DNA from: Octopus sinensis
Lineage: Eukaryota
Reading direction: 5' to 3'
NCBI RefSeq assembly: GCF_006345805.1
Contig: NC_043005.1
Span: 95,790,001-95,854,000, forward strand
DNA: 64,000 nt
The position numbers and the translations under genes are program-made. Position 1 is the first letter of the stretch. Every line of letters begins with the position of its first letter. Positions 1 through 12,989 of this stretch are shown here, piece after piece. The notes under the pieces are model-generated. The model was given only the letters and a program-made list of their open reading frames with translations. It had not been told where the DNA came from and searched no databases.

Positions 1-1041
1 TATAAAATTCACTGCATTTTTAACCTAGAGTGTATGTTTGAAATGTGACACATGACTACACCATTGCTGTTTATTTTGTATTTTCTACACTGTAGCCTTG
101 TGGCCTGATGTTTCTTCTTAAGAAATGATATTCAATTTAATTTTGTGTTCATTACATATTTCAATACCCATAGTACATCATTGCTATTAGCTTCTTCAAT
201 TGGTACATTCTCCAACCATTTTCTACACACCACACACACACACACACACTTGTTGATTACACTATCTACCATATGATATAATCCATTTTGTGTATGTCAA
301 TATACTTGATCTTGCTGAGAAGATTGCTTGAGGTTAAAATCTAAGTTAATGAGAATGTATGATTAGCAACTGGGCTACTGTGAGTTGAAGTCTCTTTAGA
401 TTCTCCATTCAGTTTTATACAAAATGCATTCGTCTGTGTAAGACTGAATTATACAACATGCTCTCGTGTAGTATATAATTCACTCCATCATTTCTCTAAC
501 AAAGTGACATTGGATTCTGTATATAACAGTATATTTATTAGCCATACACGTGTGTGTCTTTGTGTGTGTAATAAAAACTGACTCTTTAATGTCTCATTGT
601 TGAATAACTTACTCCTGTTAGTCTTTATAGCAAGATTATGTGTGTTTACATGTAAAAAAAAATGCATGTAAAATGTTTATTTACACAAAATGGATATCTG
701 ATACAATAGTTGACTGATGGTAGTATTGGTAAAATGTTGAATAATGAAATACCTTTGATGTTTTGTTATGTTCTGTGATCAATTCACTTCTTAGGTCCTT
801 CTAAGATAGATGAAATAAGTACCAATGAGTGACTCAGCTATTCTGTGAAAGGCAATGCTCCAGCATGGCAACAGTCCAATGACTAAAGCCAGTAAAGTAA
901 TAAAAGAATACCTTGTGTTATTTATAATACAATATTCCAGTTCTTATGATTTTATGGGGTAGCAATGTACTGGTTTTAATGGAATTTCAACACACTAGGA
1001 GAAATAAAGCCCTCTAGATGTTTTTCTCCAAGTTTGTATAT

Positions 1042-1440
1042 GTAGCTTGCTTACCAACCACATAGTTCCGGGTTCAGTCCCACTGCGTGGCACCTTGGGC
1101 AAGTGTCTTCTACTTTAGCCTCGGGCCGACCAAAGCCTTGTGAGTGGATTTGGTAGACAGAAACTGAAAAAAGTCCGTCATATATATGTATATATATATA
1201 TGTGTGTGTGTGTGTGTTTGTGTGTCTGTGTTTGTCCCCCCCCCCGCCCCCAACATTGCTTAACAACCGATGCTGGTGTGTTTACGTCCCCGTAACTTAG
1301 TGGCTCGGCAAAAGAGACCGATAGAATAAGTACTAGGCTTACAAAGAATAAGTCCTGGGGTTAATTTGATTGACTAAAGGCGGTGCCCCAGCATGGCCAC
1401 AGGCAAATGACTGAAACAAGTAAGAGTTAAAGAGAAAGAG
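1042..1440 (+). mobile_element. tRNA-headed SINE family A, 5'-truncated copy
   Basis: B-box-like GGTTCAGTCCC, shared body, internal (TA)n(TG)n and tail GGCGGTGCCCCAGCATGGCCACAG...TGACTGAAACAAG; near-identical to the copies at 2853, 40213 and 55093. Confidence 0.85.
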
Positions 1441-2477
1441 AGGTAATGTTTCTTTACTTTACCATCGTTTTTCTGTCTCTAGAAAGACAATATATGTTAT
1501 ACAAATGGCATCATTTATTACAGATTCATTTGTCATTGATTCAGGATGACATGGCAGGCTTAATTATGAACAGTAGTATGCTTATCATGGATTGATCTGT
1601 GATAACTCTTGTTAATGATCAGTTAAAGAATGCTTCACTGCAAAATCTGCCCAGCAACTATCCACAATTCTCAGCTACCCAGAATGCATTGACTATCATT
1701 TGTGCTTACATAACTATGCTGCAAGGGTGTGCATTTTTATGTGCACTTGTGCTTCTCAGTATACAAGCAGTCAACAGAAAAAGTACAGAGATGCCTGATC
1801 CTAACAAACAACAGAGATGAGTGTCTTCTTCACTGGAAAAGATAGACTATCAAATAAATATGTGATGGTGGAAGCTTCATGGCTTATGGGACTAACATTT
1901 GTTCCATTTACAAAGTGTGTGCAGAGGATTCATTTATCAGGTGTTTTTTTGTTGTTTTTTTTCTTTTTTGTAGTCAAATCCACAAGGGTAGATGTATATG
2001 CAATCTTATAATTCTAGCATTACTTGGACGGATTTTTTTTTTATTTAGGTTTCTGGTGTTTTTGTTGTCCTGAAAGATCTTGATGGAGAGATCTTTCCTT
2101 TGAGATGCTTGGTTTTAGAGATGTTTCCTCTTCCTTCACATTTCAATCCTTCTATATCAAATCATTTGCCTTGAACTTCTTTAACATCCTGGTCATGTTG
2201 CTGAGGTGTATGTACTACCATGTCTCACCTGTTAATAGTAATATTGAATATAGCTGCTTCATAATGGATGAGAGTAAAGCTATTTTAGACATGGTCAGGG
2301 TAAAAAAAAGGAAGAAAAAAGTAACTGAAATATGCCAAGAAATTAATCTCTCAGTCGGATCAGAGCAGGTAATTACAAGAAGCTAAAAGAATAAAAAAAT
2401 TTTATAGCAGAATAGCTTATGAAAGTACTACCAGAAACAAGGACTATCACACTAACAACCAATACAGGCAGCTCAAG

Positions 2478-2521
<44 letters not shown>

Positions 2522-2852
2522 CTGTTTTGAGAAAGAATATGATTAATCAGAAATTCTCTCACAAAGTTAAGATTTGCACTTAGAAGTGCTCAAGAGGAAC
2601 TTGAGACAAAACATAAAAATATATATAATATGAAGAAATGTAAGAGCAGTTAATTTAATCCATAAGCATGACTCTGATTTCAGTTGAATTTAAAGAACAA
2701 GTATATACGTGATACATTAAAAATATATAAATACATAGACATTTTTTTATAAATCTATAAATAAATAAATATATTAAAAATATATATATATATATAAGAT
2801 AAAAGTTTTTTTTTTTAATTTTAGACATAAATATATTAAAACATACATGTAT

Positions 2853-3015
2853 AGGCGCAGGAGTGGCTGGGTGGTAAGTAGCTTGCTAACCAACCACATG
2901 GTTCCGGGTTCAGTCCCACTGCGTGGCATCTTGGGCAAGTGTCTTCTGCTATAGCCCCGGGCCGACCAATGCCTTGTGAGTGGATTTGGTAGACAGAAAC
3001 TGAAAGAAGCCTGTC

Positions 3016-3054
<39 letters not shown>

Positions 3055-3226
3055 GTGCTGGTGTGTTTACATCCCCGTCACTTAGTGGTTCGGCAAAAAG
3101 AGACCGATAGAATAAGTACTGGGCTTACAAAGAATAAGTCCCGGGGTCGATTTGCTCGACTAAAGGCGGTGCTCCAGCATGGCCGCAGTCAAATGACTGA
3201 AACAAGTAAAAGAAAGAAAAAAAGAA
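2853..3226 (+). mobile_element. tRNA-headed SINE family A, near full-length copy
   Basis: Head GGCGCAGGAGTGGCTG-GTGG (A box) ... GGTTCAGTCCC (B box), internal microsatellite, A-rich tail. Confidence 0.9.
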
Positions 3227-4189
3227 ATATGTAAATATATTGAAGAAGGCCTGAAGTAGTGATGAAGGCGAAATAAAAGATACAAAGAAAAAAGAGATTT
3301 AAAAGTCAGGATAGTTGAAAATTGTTAAAATAGGGAACCAACGGCCGTTGCTAGAGGTTAATTGCTGGTAAAAATAAGAGGACATAGCACTCACTATTTA
3401 GCAATTCCCCCTTCTTCAGGTTTTACATTGGCAAGTTGACAATGACAAGTACTAGAGGGTTAGGTTTTTTTTTTTATAGACAAGAGGCATGGGTGGGGGA
3501 AGAAAGAGAATGAAATATATCCCAATAAAATATTCATGACAATGAATAAAAGTTTGTCTTAAAATGGATCTTAGTTCAATTCTAATCAGGGTCACTAAAG
3601 TGTAAAAACGTTGTGTAACTTTAATGTTTCCATGAAAAAAACCCACATCTGACAATTTGTTAAGTAGTGATAGATTATGCATTTGAAAAATAATGAGTAC
3701 TTCCCTTTAACATAATTTACACTTACCTAAGTTAGCGTTATATGAGGGAGCTTTGGATTCAATGGACCATTTTAGTGTATACTTTCTGTTTTCTGATTTG
3801 AGCTTGTGGTTATACTTAGCAAGCATGGTAGCCATTTTATATTTAGGATTTTTAAAGAATTGATATGAGTTCAATATCTACACTTAAAATCTATGGTACT
3901 ACTGATGTATATTTTACGTTGTGCATCTGGTGTGGATACCTGGCATTTATAAATAACATATCGCACACGATATCCTGCAAGAGGATAGGAATCATTCACC
4001 CAACAATTGCATCTTTTTCTTCTTTTTTGCTGTTTCATTTTTAATTGAGGTAAATTTGGAGCCAGGATATTAGTTTGTTGGCTGATAATGTTATTTAAAT
4101 TATGAGTATCAGTTTCAGATTGGGCAGTCATACTGGAGCTAAAAGTTGCATGTGTTTTATTTATATATATGTATATATATATATATATA

Positions 4190-4528
4190 TACTAGCACTA
4201 TGACCCGGCGTTGCCAGGTCATAATGCTAGTGCATACATATACAGCTGCGTGTGTGCGCACATACACGCAAGTACTGTCCAAATCTCTGACCAATCACAT
4301 ACAGCTAGCTGGCATTTTGATTGGGTTTTGGATAGAAAATTCACAGACAAGTCACTTCTATTGATTTTTTAATGGCTTTGCGGGGTGACTGGGGAAATGT
4401 AAAGATGTGCACGACCACCCTTGGACGGTTTTGAATGACCATAAAATGTGTGAGCCCTCTAACTGAAAAATTGTGGATTTGTATAAAGGACACACACACA
4501 GACAGACATTTTGCCTTTTATATATATA
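4190..4528 (+). mobile_element. Non-autonomous Helitron/Helentron-like element
   Basis: Starts TACTAGCA...ACCCGGCGTTGCC within a terminal hairpin (ACTAGCA/TGCTAGT, TATGACC/GGTCATA). Ends in (CA)n-GACAGACA and TTTTATATATA, the layout of Lep1/DINE-type elements; inserted at a TA run. Confidence 0.55.
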
Positions 4529-4609
4529 ACTTATAAAATAAGGGCAAAAGAAAAATTCTAATGCCTTTTGGCATTAGAATTTTTCTTTTGCCCTTATTTT
4601 ATAAGTTAT
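4526..4609. repeat. Perfect palindrome, 40-bp arms, 4-nt loop
   Basis: 4526-4565 is the exact reverse complement of 4570-4609. Confidence 0.95.
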
Positions 4610-4693
4610 TTATATATTTAACCTTTAAAGGTATTTTTTTAATATGCAGGCCATTGATAAAATTTTTTTTTGAAAAAATGTTATCCTACATTA

Positions 4694-4732
<39 letters not shown>

Positions 4733-6306
4733 TGTCAAAGTATAAATAAAGTACCACTAAAACTAATAACTGTCAGTATATAACACACAAAATCTTAATA
4801 AGGACTAGATAATAGCATTGGTCCATATAGTTTCATTGATTTGCATATTAAAATTAGTGAAGACTAATGTTGCTTATTTAATAATTCAGCTGTTACAGCT
4901 GATCAAATGCTTCATTAAAAATCATCCCACCTGTACCAGTTTTAAAGAAAAAAAGAATAAATAAATGGATATCAACAGCAAACTGAAAAGTAGTTTAGAA
5001 TCTCCAGAATGTTTACCATAACCTTTTTCTGTGACAAGTTGGTGTGGTTTAGAACTTGGTGCTAACACTTCAAAAAGTAATCTTGGGATTGGCAGAGAAT
5101 GAAAATACATTTTGTGATTTTGTTAGTGTATTGGGTCTTTTTTTTTTTTTTGCCCATTAGATTCTTTGAAAGATTTTTCAATCTGGTTTGATTGGTTGGT
5201 TAACCACCAAGTTATTAGTAAATGGAGTCCATGATCTATTTTTCATGTCCAGTTCAAAGAACCTCATTAACTGCATGAACTAATGACTTTTGGTGTCACA
5301 TCAACATCGCTATTTTCCCTTTCATCTCCACAAATCGAAAATTCTTGTCTTGCCAATAATTATGTGTGTGTGTGTGTAAACTTTGTATTATACAATAATT
5401 TTACCATTTTCCCATTGTACATGAATTTTCATTATATTTTTATTTTTTTAATGTTGTGTTATATTCTATATATTACTTACAAAACCCTCTGTAATAAAAC
5501 TGAGCATTTTCCTAATTTTTATGGTATAATGTGTGTTGTTGTTTAAATCCAGGTCAGTCTTGATTGAGCAGATTGACAATCAAAAGTGTTCCAGCTTTGA
5601 GCCTCCCATCTTTTTCTATATTTTTGACTACATTGTCTAATGTAATTCTAGATGGTAGAATATCTTATGTAAGGAAATTTAGTTGTTATTTCTAGCAGAT
5701 CTAATCAATTATATATAAACTTCATGCATGTTAGATGTGGTGCCAGTTTGTTTATTGTAATGGGGTTATCCAGAAACTGTCCTGTTATTATTTGGGGTTA
5801 AAACAATGAGCTAGCTAAGTAACCCAGTTCATTAAGTTGCTCCTTATCAACCCTTGGCCTGCAAGAAATAGCAACCCTATTTTTCTCAAATCACATAGTC
5901 TAAAAAAAAAGAAGGAAGAAGACATTGACTAGTGTAGACCTACATAGACTACCATACTGTAATAAAAGATGAGATGGTTACAGTTTGAATGCTTTCATCA
6001 TAGGTCAAATCAGTCAGGGCAACTAAGTCCTGAACAATAACTGCCTATTTTATGCATTGACACAAGAGGTCACCTTCATAGGAATGAAACCACAATACCA
6101 TAAATTCTAACCTTGCTCCTAACTAGCAGCCAATCTACTTTTGATTTACTTTCTGCTTCAACTCAACTATCTTATGCTAGTTAATTGAGTTTCACTAGTA
6201 AAAATAGAATTTATCATGTTTTTTGTTTTAATAGATTTTATAAGAATGTTTTCACAAATAAATGACAAATTTCACTGAATGTTTTCTTACTTTCTCTTTG
6301 ATGTAG

Positions 6307-6440
6307 GGCCACGATGGGCTTCCTGGAATCTAGGCATATTTTTATGTATCCGCTGTGCGGGTATTCATCGCAACCTTGGTGTACATATATCCAAGGTGAA
6401 GTCAGTAAACTTAGATACTTGGACTGCAGAACAACTAGCT
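6307..6440 (+). CDS. SMAP1: SMAP-family ArfGAP, internal coding exon (probable exon 2): [45 protein letters not shown]
   Basis: Translation matches the ArfGAP zinc-finger core (WASWNLG-CIRC-GIHR-LGVHIS-VKS-LD-W) of SMAP1/SMAP2. Acceptor AG at 6305-6306, donor GTGAGT at 6441; 134 nt, phase 1 to phase 0. SMAP1 versus SMAP2 cannot be resolved and this is probably a co-orthologue. Confidence 0.95.
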
Positions 6441-7129
6441 GTGAGTAAATCACCATTTTTAAAAAAAATCTGTTGCTTATTTCCTACATACACACTTTTT
6501 TTTTCTTTTATGAATGTTTAAGGATGTCTGATTGCTTGTGAAATATTAATGTTAATAACTGCCCTGCCCTCAGAGTGTGACCTTGTATCTAATTTAGAAA
6601 ATAGTATTACTAATATTACTATACAAAAGCATAAATGTGCCTGATTTTGTCATGCAGAACAAAGCATAATAGATGTGTTATGAACTTGTTTCTTTTTTAA
6701 TTAAATAAAATACCATAAAAAAATAAAGTGTTTTTACATTTAGTGATCATGTGGGAGGTGTGGTCATACTTTTGGTAACTTTGTTCACCATTCAGAACAT
6801 CCATCCTGCAACCCTATCCAGTCTCTACACTTATTGCCTGCTCTCCCTTAACTTCCTTCCTATTCATACTAATCATCGGTCACTCCTCCACTTTTGTTCA
6901 TCAGGCATTATATTCATCCTCCTACTATCACCCTGTCTTTAACACTCCCCACATGCTTGCAACCTCTTGTTCTGTTTCCCACTCCCACTCATCTTCTTAT
7001 TGTTGGTTCATCCTGACACTTCCGGCTTCATCTCTCTTTCTAGCTGCACCCCAATTACTCTCATCCACTCATCTATGATGCAAGTAGCTTTGTATCTCCT
7101 CGGCAGCAAGAAACCTGTTCCTGCCCTCA

Positions 7130-7358
7130 TCATCATCATCATCATCATACGTCTGCTTTCCATGCTAGCATGGGTTGGACGATTTGACTGAGGTTTGGCG
7201 AACCAGATGACTGCACCAGGCTCCAATCTTGATCTGGCAGAGTTTCTACAGCTGGATGCCCTTCCTAATGCCAACCACTCCGAGAGTGTAGTGGGTGCTT
7301 TTATGTGCCACCGGCATGGAGGCCAGTCTTTTTACACATGCCACCGGCACAGGTGCCA
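7130..7358 (-). mobile_element. RTE-type LINE 3' end / derived short repeat (family C)
   Basis: (CAT)n tail plus GCTGGATGCCCTTCCTAATGCCAACC; the same sequence follows an RTE ORF C-terminus at 37310-37800. Confidence 0.75.
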
Positions 7359-9050
7359 ACTTCTCATCAACTAGCATAAAACTACTTCCTCTCAACTGTA
7401 CTCCCACTCAAAGGGGTTCTTCTCTTTCAAGTTATATGGCAACCTTGCTAGCATTGGTGCCACAAAAAAGTACATAGCACATTCTGTAAAGTGGTTGATG
7501 TTAGGGAGGGCATCCAACCATAGAAACCTGGCCAAAGCAGCAAATATTTGAGCATGACCCAATCCTCCAACACATCCAACCCTATTGAACCAATCCAATC
7601 CAATCCATGTCAGCATAGAAGATAGATGATGATGGCGACTATTATTATTTCCCGTCAATTTCTATGTCACTGTTGATGATAGATGATTCTGAAGTACTTT
7701 CATGTTGGAAATAGTTTTGGGCAATGGCACTCTATTATGAGGAAAATATTGTTGGTTACATACATGTAAGTTGAGAAACCAATAAAATATCAATTTACTC
7801 TTTGTTGTTAACCAACTGGCCCTAACTTTTACTTTTCTCTTTACTCTCATTTAAAATACATACTCATATCTCTGCACCATCAAGCATCCTTTACTCCGCT
7901 ACTCAGTCCTGGCCCCACTTATTCCTACTCACTTTGTACCTTGAAGATCCACCCTGGCACCCCATCACAATTTTTATCGCTTTCCAGTTCCATCTGATCA
8001 CTCCCACCCTCTCTGTGACTAGTCATGCAGCTCCTCTACAGTGCAAAGCATGTTCTGCTCTGGCCCTTTTCTGTCATGCTTTACCCCTCACTATTCTTCA
8101 TCTCTGAACATAAAGTTGCTCTCTTGGGGTTTGTAGTCTTACCAGCTGCATGACGACCTCTCTAGCACTAGTAGCACAAAAAAAGCACCCAAAACATGCT
8201 GTAAAGTGTTTGGCTTTAGGAAAAGCATCAGCCATAGAAATGATGCCAAAGCTGGCATTATAGTATGATGCACTCCTTGTCAAACATGGATGCTAAGTGA
8301 TGTTTTATTATTCTTTATTTACACAGATAAAGACATTAAGAAGCAAATTCATAATTGGTTGTGTAGTTTAAGGAGTTACATCAGTTAGTACCTGTTGACC
8401 ATTACATTGATCTTCATACCATGTTTTTAAATAAACCAGTTTACAATTGCTATCTTAGTCAAAGTAATTGTAATAAAACTTGATTTTGTTCATGTGTTAT
8501 TATTGAGAAGTTAAGGACACCCAGCTATAAACACATAAACAATCCTAAATCACTCATCTCAGATTGACATAGAAATCAATGGGAACAGGAAATGAAAATG
8601 ATAATGTTTTTGCCTTTATTTGGTATTTTATTTTTATAAAGAAACAAGTTCGTAACATATCTTTTGCTTTCTTATGTGCATCAACATCAGGCTCATGTAT
8701 ATATTTGGAATAATAATCTTGCTAACAATTGTTTCTAATACAGGCTCAAGGCCTGAAATTTGATGGAGAGGGTTAGTCATTATCATCTACCCCAGAACTT
8801 GACTGATGTTTCATTTTATTGACCTTAAAAAGGATGAAGGGCAAAGTTGATTGCAGCAGGATTTGAGGTCAGCATATAGAGAGTTGAGAAAAATGCTGCT
8901 GTGCAGTTTATCCAACATGCTAAGGATATTACCAGCTTTCCACCTTAACACCAGGTCACACATTGGGAATGGCTTAGTTACAGTATTCCCCAGTATTTTG
9001 ACTGGTATTTTATTGTATTGACCTTAGAAGGGTAAAATGCAAAGTTGACT

Positions 9051-9660
9051 TTAACCCTTTCGTTACCAAACCGCCCAAAGCCGCCTGAAAAAAATTTTGG
9101 TTAATGTGACCAAACCGCCCAAACCCGCCCGAATTTACCTATTCATATTTAAATGAGAATATCAGAGCAAATCTCTTTAGTACATTTCTTTAGTACATTC
9201 GTGAAAACATGTAATTATGCTTCGTAAACAGTTCATCTACAGTTTTGTACAAAGATCGACGTGTAATTTTAATTCCCTGAATTTTGGGAGATTTTTTTCC
9301 ACATTTTTTTCGGCATCGATTTTTCTTCAACTTTGAAAATAGATAGGAGTTTCATGTTATCAAGCATTGATTCCAAATTGGAAAATTTGTGAAACAAATA
9401 CTGGGTACTGTTGTGGATTTAGTTTTTATACAGGGAAACTAATGTTAGTCAGCATGACTTAGGGTATGATGTGGTCTGGAAGTTATTGTTTGAAGCGATC
9501 ACTGCTAGTATAAGCATGAACCTGGATGGGAAACTTCTGTTAGATAATAATATACTGTCAGCTGACTAGAAGTTAGGTATTGCTAAGATAGAACCCCCTC
9601 CCAAGGAAGACATGCCACCTCACTAGAAATAACTAGTGAGGTCAAATCTGAAATGTTGGG
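9051..9660 (+). mobile_element. Possible truncated piggyBac-like DNA transposon end
   Basis: TTAA followed by CCCTTT, with subterminal direct repeats ACCAAACCGCCCAAA (twice). It interrupts a SINE-B relic. No matching right end was found and the end coordinate is approximate. Confidence 0.4.
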
Positions 9661-10991
9661 CCTTGGAAATGAGCTAATATATGAGTGAGACACAGTCTTT
9701 TTTTTTTTTTTAACAGTCATATTTCAATGCTATCTTGAGTAAGTAAAGTATGCAGGTACTGTCTAGAGTCCTAGGACACATAGGACTGGCATATAAAGGA
9801 TAAGATCACAACATTCTTCCAAGACAGGACACTAGTCCATCACAAGCTTTTACTCATTTACAGCTGGAGCAATGTGAAATAAAGTGTTTTGCTCAAGAGC
9901 ACAATGCACTGCCTGGTCTTGCGACCAACATCATAGCCACTATGCCATGTACCTTCACCATCTTGGTTAAGGCAAGGGTTTAATTGGAGAAGGATCCTTA
10001 AGGTTCTTCCTGTTGCCAAGTCATGCTTTCTCTTCTAGCAAGGGATATGTTTTTCCAGAAGCTTTTGAAAGTGCAGAGTGACTGGTCATAATATTGACCA
10101 AGAATGTATATGTTCCTACAACTTCATTCAAATGGTGTCAAGTATAGAATATCCACATGTGTACCTATTTGCGCAATCACACATACATACACACAGTTTC
10201 CGGATGAGTTTTACGTCTGGATGCCTTTCCTATCATCAACTGCTTTAAATAGTCTTACAAGCTGCAGGGTGCTTTTTTTCTGTGGCACCAGCACTGCAGA
10301 GGTTGTCTAATACTCAGCAAGACTAAATAATCCTGTCACCCTTACTTTCTCACTACTTGATTTTCCAACCTCTTGTATGTATAAAACACATACACATATA
10401 TATATGATTGTGCCTATTTACAAATCCCTATCTTTAACTGATGCTCCCTAATTCCTTCCATTTGGGTAAGTAAAACAGCTTCTCTAACTAAAGTTTCACT
10501 CTAATTTGATCTGTGTCAATTAATGCACGTATCTTGTGAAATAATATGCAGTCCAATAAAGTGTAGTGAAGGCAGCCCATCTTGGAATAAATTCAATGAA
10601 ATAAAAGTAATATTTCATTGTGGACAGCATTACTAGTTTAGGCTGGGGTACAGCTCTTTGTTCCAAAATAGAGTGCTCTGAGTTTGGAAAGACACGATGA
10701 ACATCTTCATCTATTTTGACTGTGGTTACTAACAGAAGGATACTCTAAAAAGCCATCAGCTGCATAAAAAATAAATTTACATAGGATAATAGGATTGTGA
10801 ATACATGGAAAGGCCTTGTATTTCATCCCTGTGTAACACATACTAACAAGGAGAAACTAATGCAAAACTGAAGATGCTTATGGAGTTAGGATGATCATCT
10901 TACACTTGTATAAGTAATTATACAAGTGTATACAACTGTCAATCCAAAAAGTAAGTAAAATCTTCCAAATTAAGTAAAATACCTAAAGAAT

Positions 10992-11034
<43 letters not shown>

Positions 11035-11201
11035 TAGTTATCGCCATACTAATATGGTAGTCTATAAATATAAGACTAAAGCTGTCACTGATTAGCTCCA
11101 AGAGGCCATCGCCTCTAGCTAGCTATTCGACACACGAACCTGCGTCCATTACAAACCTTCGAACAGGGGAGGTCAGCCGCTTCACCTTGCTAGTCAGACA
11201 T

Positions 11202-11242
11202 CTGCAGACATGTTTCAGGGTTGTTGCCCTTTATCAATGCAG
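11202..11242 (-). ncRNA. Minimal type I hammerhead ribozyme motif, U3-A8 core variant
   Basis: Minus strand reads CTGCA-TTGATAA-AGGG caacaa CCCT-GAAAC at GTC-TGCAG: 5-bp stem I, 4-bp stem II, palindromic ACATGT stem III, GUC triplet. Confidence 0.75.
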
Positions 11243-11581
11243 CGTAGTCAGACCCGCAGGTGTCGCTACTGACCGTCTGTTCGAAGATTTTATTTACCTA
11301 GTTACAGTGTTCAAAGGTTTGTAATGGACGCAGGTTATTGTGTCAAATAGCTAGCTAGAGGCGATGGCCTCTTGGAGCTAATCAGCGACAGCTTTAGTCT
11401 TATATTTATAGACTACCATATTAGTATGGCGATAACTATTAATATCCAGTAACGCTGCCGTAAGAGACTTAGTAATTTTAATATTTCTATTATTGAAAAC
11501 AAGTGGATGTATTCCACTGTAACTAGGTAAATAAAATCTTTGAATAGATGGTCAGTAGCGACACCTGCGGGTTTGACTACG

Positions 11582-11622
11582 CTGCATTGATAAAGAGCAA
11601 CAACCCTGAAACATGTCTGCAG
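11582..11622 (+). ncRNA. Minimal type I hammerhead ribozyme motif, U3-A8 core variant (sense to SMAP pre-mRNA)
   Basis: CTGCA-TTGATAA-AGAG caacaa CCCT-GAAAC at GTC-TGCAG. One mismatch in stem II; predicted cleavage after C11617. Confidence 0.7.
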
Positions 11623-12123
11623 ATGTCTGACTAGCAAGGTGAAGCGGCTGACCTCCCCTGTTCGAAGGTTTGTAATGGACGCAGGTTCATGTGTCAAATA
11701 GCTAGCTAGAGGCGATGGCCTCTTGGAGCTAATCAGCGACAGCTTTAATCTTGTATTTATAGACTACCATATTAGTATGGCGATAACTATTAATATCCAG
11801 TAACGCTGCCGTAATCTCCTTTAGAGAGACTTAGTAATTTTAATACTTCTATTATATATATATATAATATATATATATATAATTTGAGGGAATATTATTC
11901 CTAACTTACAGGGAAAAATTCAATTTAGAAATACGAAATCAAATTTCACAAAATATAATATATGTATAAAAATTAGAAAAAACCACCTTTTATCAATTCA
12001 AAATGAACAATGAAATTACACCATCTATAATATTACATATAATAGAAATATTAAATATAAAATAACAATAATATATCAATGATTAAGCAAATTGCAAAAT
12101 AATAAATAAAACGTATATATTTA

Positions 12124-12164
<41 letters not shown>

Positions 12165-12989
12165 TATATGCTGGACGTCCTGCAGTTTCTGTGTTCCAAA
12201 TTACTCTTGCAAGGCATTTGATTGATCCAATGCTTAATCTAGATGCTAAGCACTAAGACCTATCCCAAAATTATGTTGATGTAGAGTGAACTTCTGTGCC
12301 ACATATCTATGTCTATGTGTGAAAAATAGAAAAAGAAAATTTTCAAGGGGGAAAAACTCCCACATCATTTTTGTAGCTTACTGGTGAACCAGAACAACTT
12401 GTTTTACATCCAAATGCTTTTGGAAATAAATAGAATAAATTCTCATATATTATTATACATGCCTCCTTTACTCAGAAGTCAATGACAACAAGATTTCCAG
12501 GCTAAGTATTTTCACTTACTAGCTACACATAACTGCTGCTATGAGGTATTAAATAGCTTAATCTATAAATCTTCTTAATTAAGTTATTAACACCTATAAT
12601 TACTTGCTTGATTTCTTATTCTTGTTTTTTTGTTTTATATTTCTTGAAATGTCTAAAAAGAAAACTATTAATTGAAATATTTAGAAATAATAATGCAATT
12701 TAAGAATAGAATAAGTATTTATATGGAGAGCTTACTGCTAAAATTGCTATTCTATTGGCTAATTCCTTGCTGATTATCACAGATGTAGTAAGTACCAAAC
12801 AGTGAATTACAGGTAGTTGAGTGCATTGACTTAGCTCTGTGGCATTAAACTGTACAACACTAATGAATGATGATAATTGCCAAATGATAGTGATGTCTGT
12901 GTGTCTAGAGTAAATGAGTTCAACTTACTTCTTATAGACATTATGCTAATTGTGTTAGCCAAAGAAATGTTTGTGTGTCTTGGCGTCTG

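Larger units (their letters stand above)
11031..11853. mobile_element. ORF-less Penelope-type (pseudo-LTR) element: one inverted unit plus a partial and a full tandem unit, carrying hammerhead motifs
   Basis: 11031-11309 is the reverse complement of about 11515-11793, and 11310-11494 repeats the 3' part of the 11515-11853 unit. Flanked by (TA)n. Confidence 0.7.

Noticed and set aside
2853-2930. tRNA gene calls at SINE heads
   Set aside because: A/B-box-like motifs are present but there is no complete cloverleaf, and each continues into a SINE body.
1-6306. Search for the first SMAP coding exon (N-terminal CxDC half of the zinc finger)
   Set aside because: No matching frame ending in a phase-1 donor was seen; it probably lies upstream of the window.
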